From Takakia lepidozioides (Eukaryota; Plantae; Bryophyta): a stretch of 64,000 nt of DNA. Made by a program: the position numbers and the translations under genes. Positions 25,881 to 39,973 of this stretch are shown here, piece by piece (position 1 is the stretch's first letter; each line of letters starts with the position of its first letter). Location of the stretch: the NCBI GenBank assembly GCA_030704615.1, contig CM060731.1, positions 56,792,001 to 56,856,000 on the forward strand, given 5' to 3'. A model generated the notes under the pieces. It searched no databases. It had not been told where the DNA came from and was given only the letters and a program-made list of their open reading frames with translations.

Positions 25881-28800
25881 AGTATATATGTGCTGCAGGT
25901 GCAGGTGCAGACACCCTCTTGCTGGTTCTCCGCAAAACCCTAGGCCGGGTTTTCCAGGCCTCCACGAAATCTCGTCTCCTTTTCAGAGACATGTTGTTGT
26001 TGTCGTTCAGAGGACGGAAAGCCTTCGCTGCCGCAGGGTGCAACATTCTAGCCGCACTTTTCGCCAGGATATCAACGAGCTGCCCTCTGCACATATGAAG
26101 AGCAGATCGGGCATGTGCCTCCAGGTATTTGTCATCACCTACAATGCGAAGTATGTCCGCGAATTCTTGTTCCAATGAGGCTGAGACCTCCAGAGGTGCC
26201 TCGTCGTAGGGGAAGTCGTCCGGAAGATGTCTTTCCATGAACTGATTGGATTCGTCGTTGCCGCCGGCACCATTGCCCAAGAGCAAGTTAGGTAATCCTC
26301 CATGAATGGTTCCCAGCGCCGTGCCACAAGCGCGCACAAGGACGACATCCTGTAGGTCAGGGTGAAGCATCTTCAGGACACGGACCTGATGCTTGCATAA
26401 GTTTCTCTTCATTGCCCATGGGCACGTGCAACAACCCCAATCGCAATCAGGATTGTAAACAATGTATGTTGTGCGGGGTGGTTTTGCTGAGAACGTAGGT
26501 TGGTTCACCAGGACCCAAGGGAAGAGTAACACTCTCAGCAGGAATGTCTCGTGCCGCAAGTATAGAACTGGATATGTACTTTTCGTGTTTGTCATTTCTT
26601 ATGAACCCGTGGGTCTTCAAATGGATTGCGTACCAGTAGTGTGTTAGCACACGGCCAGTGAGTTCCCATATAAGCAAGTCCACTCTACGACCACTCATCT
26701 TGCCTTTCCCCATGGCAAGTCTTGCCTTCAGATTTCCATGGTATGCCTCAATGCTTGCGTTTGTGTCTTGGCTCGCATGAGGGACATGGCGGGCTGCTGT
26801 ACACCACATTGCTATTTTGGGCTTCCAGTACTGTTCGATATAGTCAAGAAATTCATGTCCTTTCGGGTATTTTGACCTCATACGACGGATTCTCCTTGCA
26901 ACCCACCGAAGCGCTCTTTTCTCGTTGCGTGGTCCCCCTCTACAGTACATGAGGTCTCCCATATCCTTCAACAAGTTTACAGCGGTCACCGGATCCTTCG
27001 TTTTCTTGCATGATTGCTTCACCCATGCCTTGCGGACATGCCAAAGGCAGAGGAAAATGAGTACTCTTTCAAAAACAATTTTGCACAACACACATGGTAC
27101 ACATTAGAGTCTTGGGATCGGACTGCAATGGTGGACTGCCGGAGTGGACTGTAACAGCGACCTGTATCAGCGAGAGCCACTGGACTCGCCCAGTGGACAG
27201 TACAATGCCATGACGTTGATGTGCTGGAATAACCCCATTGGACTTCCCCTAGCTAGGACTGGGGCAGCGGACTGCCCCATTGGACTGCCACAGCGGATTG
27301 CCGAGCGGACTTGCCAGGGACTGCCGAGTGGACTTGGCAGCGGACGGCCGACCCAGGGACTGCTGAGTGGACTTGGCAGCGGACTTGGCAGCGGACTGCC
27401 GAGCGGACTTGCCAGGGGACTGATGACCGGACTTGACAGCGGACTACCAGTGGATTTGCCCAGCGAACTGCCATCGGGTTTCGCCACAGGAGTCTTCCAG
27501 TGGACTGTAGCAATGGACTGCTGCAGTGGACCTCGACAATGGACCGGTGCTGTGGACCAACAGACTTACCGAATAGCGTTGATTTCTGCTTTGGCATCGT
27601 CCACAATGAAGGCCTTGGGTCGCCAGCTCGGCAAATCTGCGAGGAGTGAATCACGCAAGGCTCTCATCCACGGAACCAAGTCTCTTGTCCGATTCCTCGC
27701 GGATAGGATATAGGCAACTGGTATACCGTTCAACCACTCGTCGAAGACCATCAACGTGTACAATGGGAACTGTTGGAATGCACAATGTAAGATGGTCAGA
27801 GCATGCAAATTCCGCTCAGTTCTGCACGAGAAGACTTCATAAGAGTGATGAGGTCTGTAGCGGTTCACAATGGGTCTGCCTCTCGGTCTTCCGCAACGTA
27901 CACAACCCTAAACATACAGAAAGGGTCAGCACACCAAATATTATGTGAATGTTGCATGGTACTATGCTATCATGCTCGTACAAGTCCATGGAATCGTTCG
28001 AATAGTACATTGTCATGATTTGTCCCAAAGGTTGCATCGCATGCAACGATACGGTCATGTCCTAGTTCCAGCATTCATCGTTTCTGCCACGGAGTCTGTA
28101 TGCCAATAGTGAATGTCAAATCTCCATCAAAATGCTCGAATGTTGGCTCTAATTTCTCCTCTTGATAGAAAAAAACAGACGCAAGATTCTGGTCTCTCCA
28201 CATGCGCACACTCTCTGCATCATCGGCGTGCTTTTTGAAGGTTTGTCACGCACGTTTCTCGGCAAGGTTGCGAACATCTTGCTCCAACAAGAAATCATCG
28301 CGGGTCCATGCATCGCCCAAGCCGGTGTTGTTCATCACGTGCTCTTTATGCTCCATCATGATTTGGGCGACCGACAGGCCTCGGCACAAACACTCGACGA
28401 CCCAGGCTTTCAATTCCTCGCTAATGTGTGGTGCATAGGCGTGGCGGGTGTTCCTGAACTCTGCGGACTTCCCATGCGAGGGTTTCCCTTGCGCATCTGT
28501 ATGCTCCATGTTGTTGTAGTACGTGAGGACACAGATGTCAGGGGCGAGATAACATTGCTGGACCTTGAAACAGCATTGGCAACCACGTTTGTAAGACTCC
28601 GACTTCTTTCTCCTTGGGCCTTTATGAGGGCAAGATGTTCCAGCACCCACAAGAGGTCCTCCACGCTTCTGTTTTGGATCCTCCACTATTGCCTTGTTGG
28701 TGCGCTTGTCATCAGGACCATAACAACATTGATACCTGGACAGAAAATTCTAAAATCAATATCCAACGACTTGAGGAAGCATAAAATAAGAGAACTCGTG

Positions 28801-29183
28801 AAACAAAAAATGGCAACAGACATGCAATGAAACGTCAAAAGGACTGAGGATGGTGCACACATAATATTGGACAGAAATGTGTTGGCTCTGGGTGCTTTTC
28901 GCAAGCCGGGTTCCACTTTAGAATGGACATTCACCCAAAACTGAGTGGGGTAGTCCTCCAAACTCTCCTCTCCCAGGACGAAGTCACCAACTCTATCCCA
29001 AGGTATGCAGGCCTTTTCAACATTCACTCGCACACCTATAAACCCATATTGTGTCTCACTCTTCCAATGGAGATCCTTCCTGTTGAAGGGTCCTGGTTTT
29101 GCTGTTTGCAAACATTGTCGAAGAGGTCGTATAAGCGGGCTTTCCGTGATCAGTATATCATCGGGTTTTGCTTCCACGTCCAT
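25828..29183 (-). mobile_element. Second MULE-type transposase with SWIM domain (different lineage), frameshifted, with introns
   Basis: YKRGCQCCF...HTDAQGKPSHG, FPLYTLMVFDEWLNGIPVAY, FIVDDAKAEINAI, CLWHVRKAW, TNASIEAYH and SWIM CTCPWAMKRNLCKH. Confidence 0.85.
27120..27560. repeat. GGACT-rich degenerate ~12-bp minisatellite in a MULE intron (similar tract at 29380-29500)
   Basis: Repeated gcggacttggca and ggactgcc units. Confidence 0.8.
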
Positions 29184-29751
29184 GCCCTATACAGTACAAA
29201 GGACACGCTTCTGAACATGCAAGAAACGCGCCGCAGTACAAGACACGATCGACAACGTGCCAGGAGAATAGTGCGCACATTCGCGGCTGCTGGCAAGTGG
29301 CAGGCGGCAGGGATGCAGGTTTGAATTGCAGCCCTAAAATGGAGGGCTCGGATGGGTTATGGGAATGGACGGTGGCGATCCTGCGCCGTCAGCGGATTGG
29401 ATGGCAGGGGACTGGCCAGCGGACTGGCAGACTGCTGGGCAGCCGACTGGCCAGCAACGGACTGGCAGACTGGAGGGCAGCGGACTCATGGGCGGGGGAC
29501 TGGCCGCGCGGCGGACGGGGGCGCGGGCGCGGTTGGGCGACCGCGCGCAGCGGCGGGCAGGGCTAAACTCCCTTACCCACTGGCCATCCCAGGGCCTGCA
29601 TTTCTTTGCTTGCCATTTCCTCTACAATGTTTCCCCTTTCCCCACCCTACTAAAGAGATAAAGGGAAGAAAAAAGAAAAAAGAAAATTGTACTAAGCAGA
29701 TCACAGGAATCCGTACAGGGCAGAAAAGTGGGCAGACAAAAGAGTACCCAC

Positions 29752-32700
29752 CTCAAGAGAGCATCTTGTAGTGGATTTTAGCAGGGCAGATCACCTCAAT
29801 GCCCCCACTTTGTGTCTCATCCCACACTGCACTAGTTTGTGTACCTGGCTCCAACACTTCGACTATAATGCACACCTGGTTTCCACAGAAGCGATGAACT
29901 GCCAATGCTCTCACTATCTGTTTGGCATCCTCCTCCTTTGGAACCTGTAACAAGAGGTCGGTTATGTTGTGGCACTCTCCACGTTAGTATCCAACATATT
30001 ATGGCAGACACACTTACAGAAATCTACAAACCAAGGCATAACTTGTACCCAAATTCATTCTTCTTATGGGAAGGTTTGTAAGAAAAGGTTGGCATAATCT
30101 ATGCACAGGTTAGATATGAACATAAATATTTACACATTTCTATGGCCAAATCGAGAAATCAGAGGAGCCTCCTAAACCCCACCTACAATGGCCACTCCGA
30201 AAAATGGTGAGAAAGTGTCCGAATTCTAAAGCTGAAGGACAGCGTAGAGAAAATATTGCAAACAAGATGAAAAACATACATCAGTTTCTTGGTCAGCCAA
30301 CAAAAAGAAGGCTGAGGCTCGAGCGGCGAACACACTTTCTAGGTCTGATTGCCGCACCGGTGACCCTTCTATAAACTCGACCAGCCCATTGTAGAGTGCA
30401 ACTAGTTGGTTTAGTTCAAACCTGCCAACATACACCACCCTGCCTTTGTTAGATATGTGTTACAGAGTCCAAGTTCGCAGAAAGCTATTCACCTGTTGGA
30501 GTACAATATCCCTCCATCTCTCAGCACAGAAGCTTTGTGCAATGATTTAGCTCTAGTATTTCACTTTCTTGTTCTACACTAGTGTCCACAAGCTCTTTAG
30601 GCTTTTGTTCTTCTCCCATAGACCTTTGGGGCTATAAAGTTTCGTTCCTATTTCTTCTTTTGTATTCTCTCTCCACATCGAATTACTAACCATCATGATG
30701 CATTAGTTTGCTTGATAAGGAAACTACGGATCTTCAACAAGTTGCATATCACCATAACCATCTAAATGAATGGTTACTCTGAACAAAGTGATGTACAACT
30801 TACGAAGGGCTGAAAGGTGCTAAGATGGTGATGCGCAGTGGATATGTCTCCAGGTCTGTGGATGTACACATTATGTGACCATTACTTCCACTACGTCTGC
30901 CTAATACATAGGTGTATTAGGCAGTACAGTACGATTAACAAATATATGAGCACAGAGTTTTTCTTTTTTCCAAGGCACTTGCATACAATGTATGAGAAGT
31001 ACTCCATTCATCAAATTGGATCACCAAGGCTACCATGAAGATTGCACTCGCACACAAATTCCTACCAGACACACCCGTCAATATAGCTTAGAATGTTGTA
31101 TCTTCACTGTGGGTGGGGTTGTAGAACTCAACAAGCCAGTCTTGCACAGCCTGATATGAAATGCTTCCACTCACAATGAGGTACCGTGAATCCTTCCTAG
31201 CACTAAACGATCCTCCATACGGCCTGCTCCACTGTGTACTTGCGGTTTTGGGGAAAAGAACGGCAAGTCATCGACAGGGTACACTTTTTCCAGACAAGGA
31301 CTAAATAGAGTACAATTAAGTGGGATTCTTACCATGTAAACATCAAAAACATCAAAGTCTCTGCATCATACAAATCACCAGTTTGGGACTACCAGATTCT
31401 TGTCACCCTCCAAAAGGGTAATATAGAGGTCTTAAATACTTCTGGAGAGAAAGAATCAACGAAAGAAACAAAGTCTGTAACATCCACGGAAAGCCCAACT
31501 GTTTAAAGGACATGACTGAAACAATTAAGCCGAAAATTTCAATTGCTGCCTCGAATTGGATTTGCTGCAGTGGATCTCTAGCTTTATAGCTAAATACCTT
31601 GGGTGAGAGAGGGAGAGCAGGAAGGCTGATAGTCTCAAGGAGGATTGTATCCTGGAGGTTCCTGACCTCAAAAAGGAAGGCTAGGAATATTGCCCTTCTG
31701 GCTTTTAGTTTGCTGAGATGCTAAGTGAAGAGGTTTGGTACTGATCTCTGGTAAAGGAAAAAAAAAGAGCAGGTAGGTTCTAAGCTTGGAGATGGCCTGG
31801 CAAACATGACCCTTGGAGTCACTTTGCCCTTGAAAGACAAGAAACATCTTGTAATAACAGGAAGGTGAGAGCCAGTAAGAGCCTGAGTTCCAGCGGGTCC
31901 TATTTGGTCGTAATTCATAATTTACTATAAAAATAATCATCTACTAAAACAAGAAATCTGTTAGAAAAAATCAAGAGACGAGAAAAAGCTCCAGTGTTGA
32001 GGGTTTCAGTTCAGATCATTTTTTGTGGTTGTTTTCCACTGTCACCCACAAAGAGGAAAAAGAAACAAAGAGGAAAACCCCAGAAAGAGGAGACAGATCT
32101 TGGCCAACTCCCAGTGTTTTTGGAACCATACTTGGTCGGCCACACTTGGAAAACACTGTAGAGGTTTGGAACAGGTAAAAAGGGAGAATAAAAGCAGGAG
32201 AGCAAGAGTAGCTGGAAGCATCACCTCCGAGATGCAAGATAAGTGATACGACGAATTTGAATGGGAAGAATAACAAGTGCAGCAATGATTGTGATAATGC
32301 AGATCAGCCTTCCCAACTCTGTTTTGGGTGTGATGTCCCCATAGCCAACTGTAGATATCTGCCAAAACATCCTAGTTCATCTTATCAAGGTCTGGAGAAG
32401 CCACACATGAACATCAAACAAAGACAACAGTAATAATGAATTACCAATGGAATTATCAGATCAGCAAATTCAGTCGAAAGAAATTCCTGCCCTCTTGAAT
32501 TTTTCCCGGCACACAGAATCGCATCTGCGAATATTTTACTGTAATAGAGAGCCGGTCCCAAGTCTTTCCACAATTCACATTGGTGCATTCCCTTACAACT
32601 CAATGAGGTGACCATCCATACCCAATTTTAATTCTGATGTATGTGTTCACCTGCTTTCTCCTATTGTCTGTTCTACATGTCTCAAAGTTGTATCAAGACC

Positions 32701-34244
32701 TGTCAATTGCCAGAAGTGAACACGCACTGTTATCATTATTGACAATCCCATCTAACCAAGAGAGGTCAGAATAGGCATGTACTCACCGTGACAATAATAT
32801 AGTAAAATGAATCCCAAAAGTTGATACAGCCACTGTAAGAACACTTTTCTCGTAAATGTTTTGGAGCGGCTTCATACTCCACCCACTGGATAATGCCTGC
32901 ATCCAGAAAAACTGCACACACCAGAGAATACTTAAGATTGCATCAATTGGACAGCAAAAGCATTGCAAGAGTTCAATGTCCGACTCTTCAAGCTTTTTCT
33001 AGTGAGCACTCCACTGATAGGGCAGTCCCAGTGTTAGAGAACCCCCAGGAGTTCCAGCTCACATACAACCTTGGAAGTTTAGGACAGAAGAGAGTTGCCT
33101 AGTTTACTGTATTAATGGAAGTAAAGAGTTGGTTAATCTTGAGCAATTGACCTGGTTGTTCACAGGCTGTCTATCCGGTGGAACTGGAGGTGGACTTAGC
33201 GAGAACTAAGGTTAAGCACACTTACCAACTCCAAAGGTTGAAACTACCAACAATATAATTTGTTGGGCTACCGTGCTTCCAACGACTCCTATCAAAGAGA
33301 ATATCCTGTACACACATTCATGTCAAGGTCAAATGCTGCACCACCCATTAACTAATGCCCTTATGACATGGAAACTCCCTGGGGTAGACCGCATAGTAAC
33401 TTTGCTCTTGACATTCGACCACTGCACACATCTTCAGCTGAAGTAAAATCAGAAAAAGAACTTTCAGACAAGTATTTGGACTTCTGTCACAAGTGTCCTG
33501 CCGCTCTCACCGTGGAACTACAACAGAAAGCCTAACTGACAAAAGTCATACTTAGGATGAGATACTAACATAAACCACCATATATAGAGAGAGAAGGCCA
33601 TAGAAACACTACAATGGATATTGTTTAGTCACACAAGTAGTCGTAAAGATAGAGACTGAGGGTTCTACCTAACAATACGCAAAAATTGCAAAAGTCGAAG
33701 GATACTTCCGCCGTTCAATGTACTCCTGGAGCAATCAGACTATCAGACAGCTTACTTCAGTTGATGCACCACACCCCCGAATTGGGACAGCATAAATCCT
33801 AAAGAGGCAGCACAGACATTGAGGTGCAAGGGTGATAAAAAGGCCAGGAGGTAGCATGGAGCCTAGAACTTCTTGACGTGAGGTTCTGTAAGTAATTACC
33901 TGACTCTACCATTTTGTTTTACGCTTTAACTTTGTCTTTCCTCATTGAGGTTAAGGGTTACTAAGTGCTGGCTGAGATAGTCAGCTGTGACATAATGAAG
34001 TCTCATTGTCAGGGACGTGCAACACTGACAGTCACTGATGTGTGGGGCAAGACTGAGAATACACGTACAATCCTTGGTTCAAGAGGGGCTGTCTTACAGA
34101 GGAGATGATGTATTCAAGACCGCTAAGCAGAAATACATACTTGAATAGAAAGATGATGGGCAGGGCACTCAATAAATCAATTAAACCCCGAAAAGAAAGT
34201 ACATAGTGTAATCGCACTGGTTCACTGTACAGGCAGATCAAAAG
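29752..34244 (-). pseudogene. BK/Slo-type voltage- and Ca2+-activated K+ channel, exons from about S2 to RCK1; premature stop
   Basis: Nine phase-compatible GT-AG exons: 34244-34141, 33725-33669 (S4 ILRLLQFLRIVR), 33305-33226, 32911-32787 (FWDSFYYIIVT), 32358-32225 (ISTVGYGD filter), 31223-31108, 30855-30804, 30421-30280 and 29944-29752. TGA at 29755-29753. Confidence 0.9.
31400..32200 (-). mobile_element. Decayed LINE 3'-end remnant in a BK intron
   Basis: Shares the terminal motif tgtaacatccacggaaa with the LINE end at ~17022; only broken frames remain. Confidence 0.4.
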
Positions 34245-36756
34245 CTGATAAGTAAGGATCTAATTGTACAAACCCGGATGATGCAGGAACTTAGCGCAAG
34301 ACCTTGTAAGTGCAAACCAAACCTAAATGCAACTTTGAACTACATGGGTGGCATGCCAGAGTCTTCATGGACAGTCTGCAGTGAACGATTTCATTCAGTC
34401 AGTAGTTGCATGTAACATTAAAACATAACTAAGTCAGTTGTTACCAGCTTAAATCATTCTTGCTCATTGTTTCATTTGAAGAGCTATGTACAGTTACTAA
34501 CAATCATTGAAGTTGGATTATTCCAATTGCACTGTCATTATTTCAGACTTGTGCAGGTGTGTTCACATCATGGAGCATAGTCTAGCTCCACCCTCAACTT
34601 GAACTTCGCAAAGGTGTGAAAACTCCCTAGCTCACTTGTTTTGGCAACGACCAGCACTTGCATGCTATCAGTTCAAGCCCCATACGCATATACATGTTAT
34701 CAATCCCACCGATCTGCCTGAATCCTGATACATGACTCTGGAGAGTGCTTCTTCAACTAAACTTGGGAAAGTCAAAGCTGGGCACAAGGTCTCACCTAAA
34801 AACTCGCAGCATGTAATCTGCAACGAATACAATACTTACAAAGTTCTGAGTCTGCCCCACCCACTCATGTCCCTCGTTGTTTCTCCATTTTTTATTTTGT
34901 TTGTTATCCTTCTAACACACACCAAGTTCTCTAGCGACTGTAAGTCTTCCATATTTGTTTCTCCAATAGTGTTCTTAAACCCAAACCGAAAACCCTACCT
35001 TTCCCATCACCCCTAAACCATTAATCTTACCATAAACCAATAACTTTAGTGTACTACCCAGTTACACTCCAAACCTTATTGTACTACCATGTTACCTCTT
35101 CTCAATGTTTCATGCTCTTTTAATATTTTCTTTGTCGGATAAGGTATGATAGAATGATTACAGGGATATCAAATTCCTCAACCATTTCTTAATTCTACCG
35201 AGTGTGAGTCCAGATCCATATTTGTTTGTCTTTTTATACCCTAAACCCTTACCCTTACTGTAAACCCAAACCTTATTACACTTCTCTCTAGTTACACCCC
35301 AAACCTTATTGTACTACCCTAGTACCTCTTCCGAATGTTTCATGCTATTCTAATATTTTACTGCCCTTGTCACATCCAAAACATGATTCATTCCAATGGC
35401 GTGGTATGTGAACATTGTGCTTGATATGAAGATTCAATCAATAAAATTACTAGCAAGTTGTATCGAGTATGATAGAGTAGGAGTCTGGCCCATGTTCGAT
35501 GCGACCTATTTGTTTATCGTGATCCTGCAATGGAATATTACTTTATTCGACTTCCAAGTGGACGTTCAATGAATTGTTCAATACTACTACTTCACATTGA
35601 GCATTTCAATGTCAAATGGACCTCTTATATGACACAACAAATATGACATCACCTGAAATTTCACAAAGTTCAATCACACATTACACCATGATATTATTAA
35701 TATTTCCATTAAGTTTAATGCAAATATATATTAAGTTTAGTCCGGATTTAAGCCAAAAGTCCAGAATTAATTAAAATTGTGTTTGGGGCTCGTAAGAAGG
35801 AAGAAACCCGCATCGGTATGCATCTTCACCAAATAGATTGCGAGCTTGGACATCAAGACGGGGCTGCAAGATTCATGATATGAAATGCATCAATACTCAA
35901 TTCACAAACGCGAGGTTTCATTAAATATAGTACTTTTAATTGAGGAGTACGTGAGAAGGTATGGGGATGACTTACCTTTGCTGCATCAGCAATCTTGTAC
36001 AAGCGGTAATGTTTTTGCACAACATGGGGTCGCCGCATCATCGGTCTAGTGCATCCAACCGGTAGTTATGCCCAACACCAACTACACCAATACTCAATCT
36101 TGGGGAGGCGGTCCAGGCGGGGTTTCCCCGGGGCTCGTGCCTCTGGACTCGGCGACCTACGACCTCGGGGTGGTGGCCGTGGGGCAAGGGTGGACATGGC
36201 AATGCCGCCTAACTCGCCGACGAGGCAAACGTGCTGTCTTGCCCTCAGTAGGTGGTTGTGGCACAGCCAGTACGGCCGGCAACGAATCCTCAAGCGTGAC
36301 ACGTCGATAAACACGCAACATGACCTAGCACGAGAGAGAGGTAGAGGAATTATTGCATCTTGACTATGAAAACTTAATTAACCGTATTCCCCCCCCCCTC
36401 CCCCCCCTTCGGCGCCGGAAAAAAAACCCCAAATAAGTAAACCCTATCCTCCCAAGTGTAACCTCCACTGGAGTTACGTTTCTCCCAACCGTATTGTGAC
36501 CCATTGTAACCTCTGGTGGAATTACACTCCCAACCCTAGGAAAACCTTTAAAAAAAAAACCTAAAAACGTAAAGCCGTATGTCCCCACCCCGAAAGAAGA
36601 AAAACCCTAAAAACAAAACTATATTGCAGCTAATCCTAAACTAACTATATTATAAGTAACCCTTAAAACCCTAAGAACCAAAGACCCAAAAATCCAAATA
36701 ATCCCTGCAAAACCCCATAAACCAAAAACCCAAAAAACAAAAATAAAAAATAAAAA

Positions 36757-38230
36757 ATGAGGGGCCGCTTGAACTCACTTCTGCGCCAGAGCTGCGACTT
36801 AACTGCGACTGCCGTGCGACGTCCCCTGGAGGCAGCGACGTCCGTGCGATTCCCCAACGTCGCAGTGGCTTCTCTTCCTGCCAAGATGACCGCCTTTCTC
36901 TCTCTCCCTTTCGCGAAGGCACCTGATCGGCGCCGAGGTTTTCCGACAGGGTATCGTCCCGTGGATTCCATACCGTGGAAAGAACTTTGGTCCAGGTTGG
37001 AAATGCTAGCTTGCCATCCAATCTACAGGTTTGCAATCTCCACCAAAGAATGGAATTATATCCGCCAATGCCCTCGGTCGTCCAAGGATTTTCGAGCTCG
37101 TGCTTTGTACTTCATTCCGAAGGTGCACAAACTGGTGCTTGTTGGAAGACCCATTTGTTCCTACAACAACTACATCTTCAAGCATGCTTCAATTTGGCTC
37201 CATCACCAACTCCTTCCGACACTTCTCAAGGAACCCACTCATTTGGTTGATTCTCTCACGCTTCTTCGAGAGGTTTCCCAACTTGAGGTCCCCTCGCACA
37301 CTCTTCTTTTTACGTTTGACGTGGAATCTCTGTATCCCAGCATCATCACTAAGCTCGGCTTATATGAGCTCGAATGTGCTATTAGAGGTAATTTCACCAA
37401 ACACAAAAAAGAACTGATCATGACCCTCGCTGGATTAGACTTGAAACACCATTATCTTCAGTTCAATGGTAGTTTTTGGCACCAAACTCGCGGTGATGGG
37501 GAGCAACTTTGCAGTTGTTTCTGCTTGTTTGTTCCTTTGTTGGTTGGAGATGTACATGGAGTACGTATGCCCATCGGAGCAAGAACTGTTTTACCTTAAG
37601 CGTTGTATTGACGACGACTTTGGCATCTGGTTAGCTCCGAAAAGAGTCTCCGGTCTTGGTTACGAAACTACGGTTCCATGTTTGATGGCATCAAAATCAC
37701 GACTGCCATAAGCCCGACATCCGCCGACATCTTGGATATCACCTTCTTCAAAGGAGACTACTTCATCCAAACTCGACGGCTTTCTACTAGATGTCATCAA
37801 AAGGCCTAGAACAAGTATCAATACTTGCCTTGGTCCTCGTGGCATCCACATCATCAAAATAAAGCTTTCATCATCGGCGAGCTCCAACGATACGTAATAC
37901 GAGAAAACACCATCCAAGGGTTCAACCATTTGCAACTTTTGTTTTACAAACGTCTTCGAGCCCGAGGTTATTCGGCGGCGTTCATCTGGAGTTGTTTCAC
38001 CAAGATCTCATACGACCTCAGATCCGCTCTACTCGACCAATAGACGCAACGCGCAGTTGAGGGTAAACGGGCCCCCTTGTTCTTAAGCTCGACTACTATT
38101 CGTACATTTGAGCTTTAAACTTGGGGGCCACCCTAAACCCTAGACTCTACGAGTTGCTTCAGCAAGTCCCGGAGCTTCGGTTTCTTCCTCGAGCGATGAT
38201 TTGTTGGAGGAATCTGCGAAAGCTGAGTTC
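36757..38230 (+). mobile_element. Penelope-like retroelement reverse transcriptase, frameshifted; no endonuclease visible
   Basis: YFIPKVHK, GRPICS, FDVESLYPSI, AVMGSNFA, KRCIDDDFGIW, YQYLPWSSWHP...FIIGELQRY and RLRARGY are PLE RT and thumb motifs. Confidence 0.88.
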
Positions 38231-39973
38231 ATTCCTAGTTAAATCTAGAATGATAGGATGATTTTGTAGTGCAAATGTCCCTAGCATTATTAATTTTTGT
38301 CTCTTTGATAGCCCTAGCATTGATGTTAAAGTCAAATGGTTCCAAACCATAGACTAATTAATGGAGTCTTGACTTGGAGGCTAAATTGGTGCTTTATCAT
38401 ATCCATATAGATAGATTTTTTTTTTTTTTTCCCCTTTAGTTATTTTATTGTATTAACATGCTAAATGCTTCAATATTGTGTGTATGGTTTATCTTATACA
38501 ATCTTTGCAAAATGCTAAATAACAAGAAAAAAATCTCTTTTCACAAAAAAAAAAATCCTAGATATTTATCACATGAAACTTTAATTTAATCTACCAAATT
38601 ATGTAATCACTATTATCTTTAGATTCGAATATTTGATATATTTGAATAAATACTTCATACAAAATTCAAGAAATGCATTTTCTTTGACTATTGACTCATA
38701 AATCAGTTGTTAGAGTTTTTAAACTACATAGTCACATAGTGATATATTTTATGGTATATCATTGGTCATTAAGAACAATTCATATAATATTTTTGAATTA
38801 AACAAGTGATGACGCCTTCCTAAGGCAAGGTATCTTTTACTGCAGTCCCAATTTTGTATATTAAATATTTGAATATTTTTTGTTATTATTAAATCAGGAC
38901 TGCTAGCCAATTTTGTAATCAGGGTGGAGCCCTAACGCGACTAGCCGCTTGTTTTTCATGCGACTGGGATCATATATCCCCTTCTTTAATTCCTGGACCA
39001 TCCTCTAATGAATAGGGCCCCAACAAACTTGAGAGGCATTATTCCTATATGCTTACTATATGCATGCCAGTAAAGAAAAATCCCAACCCTTTTCGCATCG
39101 TACCACAACTCGCTCCTTGTGATGACTATGCCCTCGCCAAAGGAGAGCAGTAAGTATATCTTCCTCTCATTATTCACATAAATATCCCTTGGTTGGGTGT
39201 AATTTTATTTGATATTAATTCAACCAACATGACAGACCAAAAGCTCCGGTTTTGGGATGTTGGATGGTTACTTGGAAGTAAGAGAAAAAGACCTCACTTT
39301 TCTTGAAGGGGATATCAGGAAAGTTTTTTGGCTTGTTTGAGATTGGCAGCTCAAGTAGTTACACTGGGAGTTGCACCAGCGATAGGCACCTGCGTCGGTG
39401 GACACAAGCGACACCGGCGGTATCGCTTATTGTGAGGGAGTCAAGCGGCATCAATCAATAACAACAGACCCAAATACCCTTACAATCACTATGCAAAACG
39501 TTCAAGCAGCCACCATGGGATTGGATCTTGGTGGGTTAAGGATAGCTTTTGACAATATTCATGCAAGTCCGTCAAGGGTTCCATCCAAAGCCACACCACA
39601 AGAAACAAACAAATTTAAGATGCTGAACAAACTTGTGCACAGGGCTGCCCCTCTAATCAAGCTCATCAAAATTCGTATCACTTCCATCTTCAAGCTTTGG
39701 AGAAGCTCCACCACCCAAACCCAGAATTCGGACAGCACTCCGATTTCCATCTACTGTCACCAAAGTCAGTCCAATATCACCCCTTCAGTCAAGTGCAATT
39801 ATGGGCTGACTTCCCACCTATGCCAGGTAGACCCCACTATCATTTCCCATGGATATGCCACAGGAAATGCACTCAACCGTACATCATGGTCAATACTCTC
39901 AGGAAATGGTGGATGATCTGAGTAGCTACACAGATCACTGAAGACACTCGCATCTTTCCAAGAAAACATCCTT

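Noticed and set aside
38805-38832. Hammerhead ribozyme downstream of the PLE (TGATGA-gcctt/aaggc hairpin)
   Set aside because: Lacks the C of CUGANGA and the GAAA core; no convincing stems I and III.
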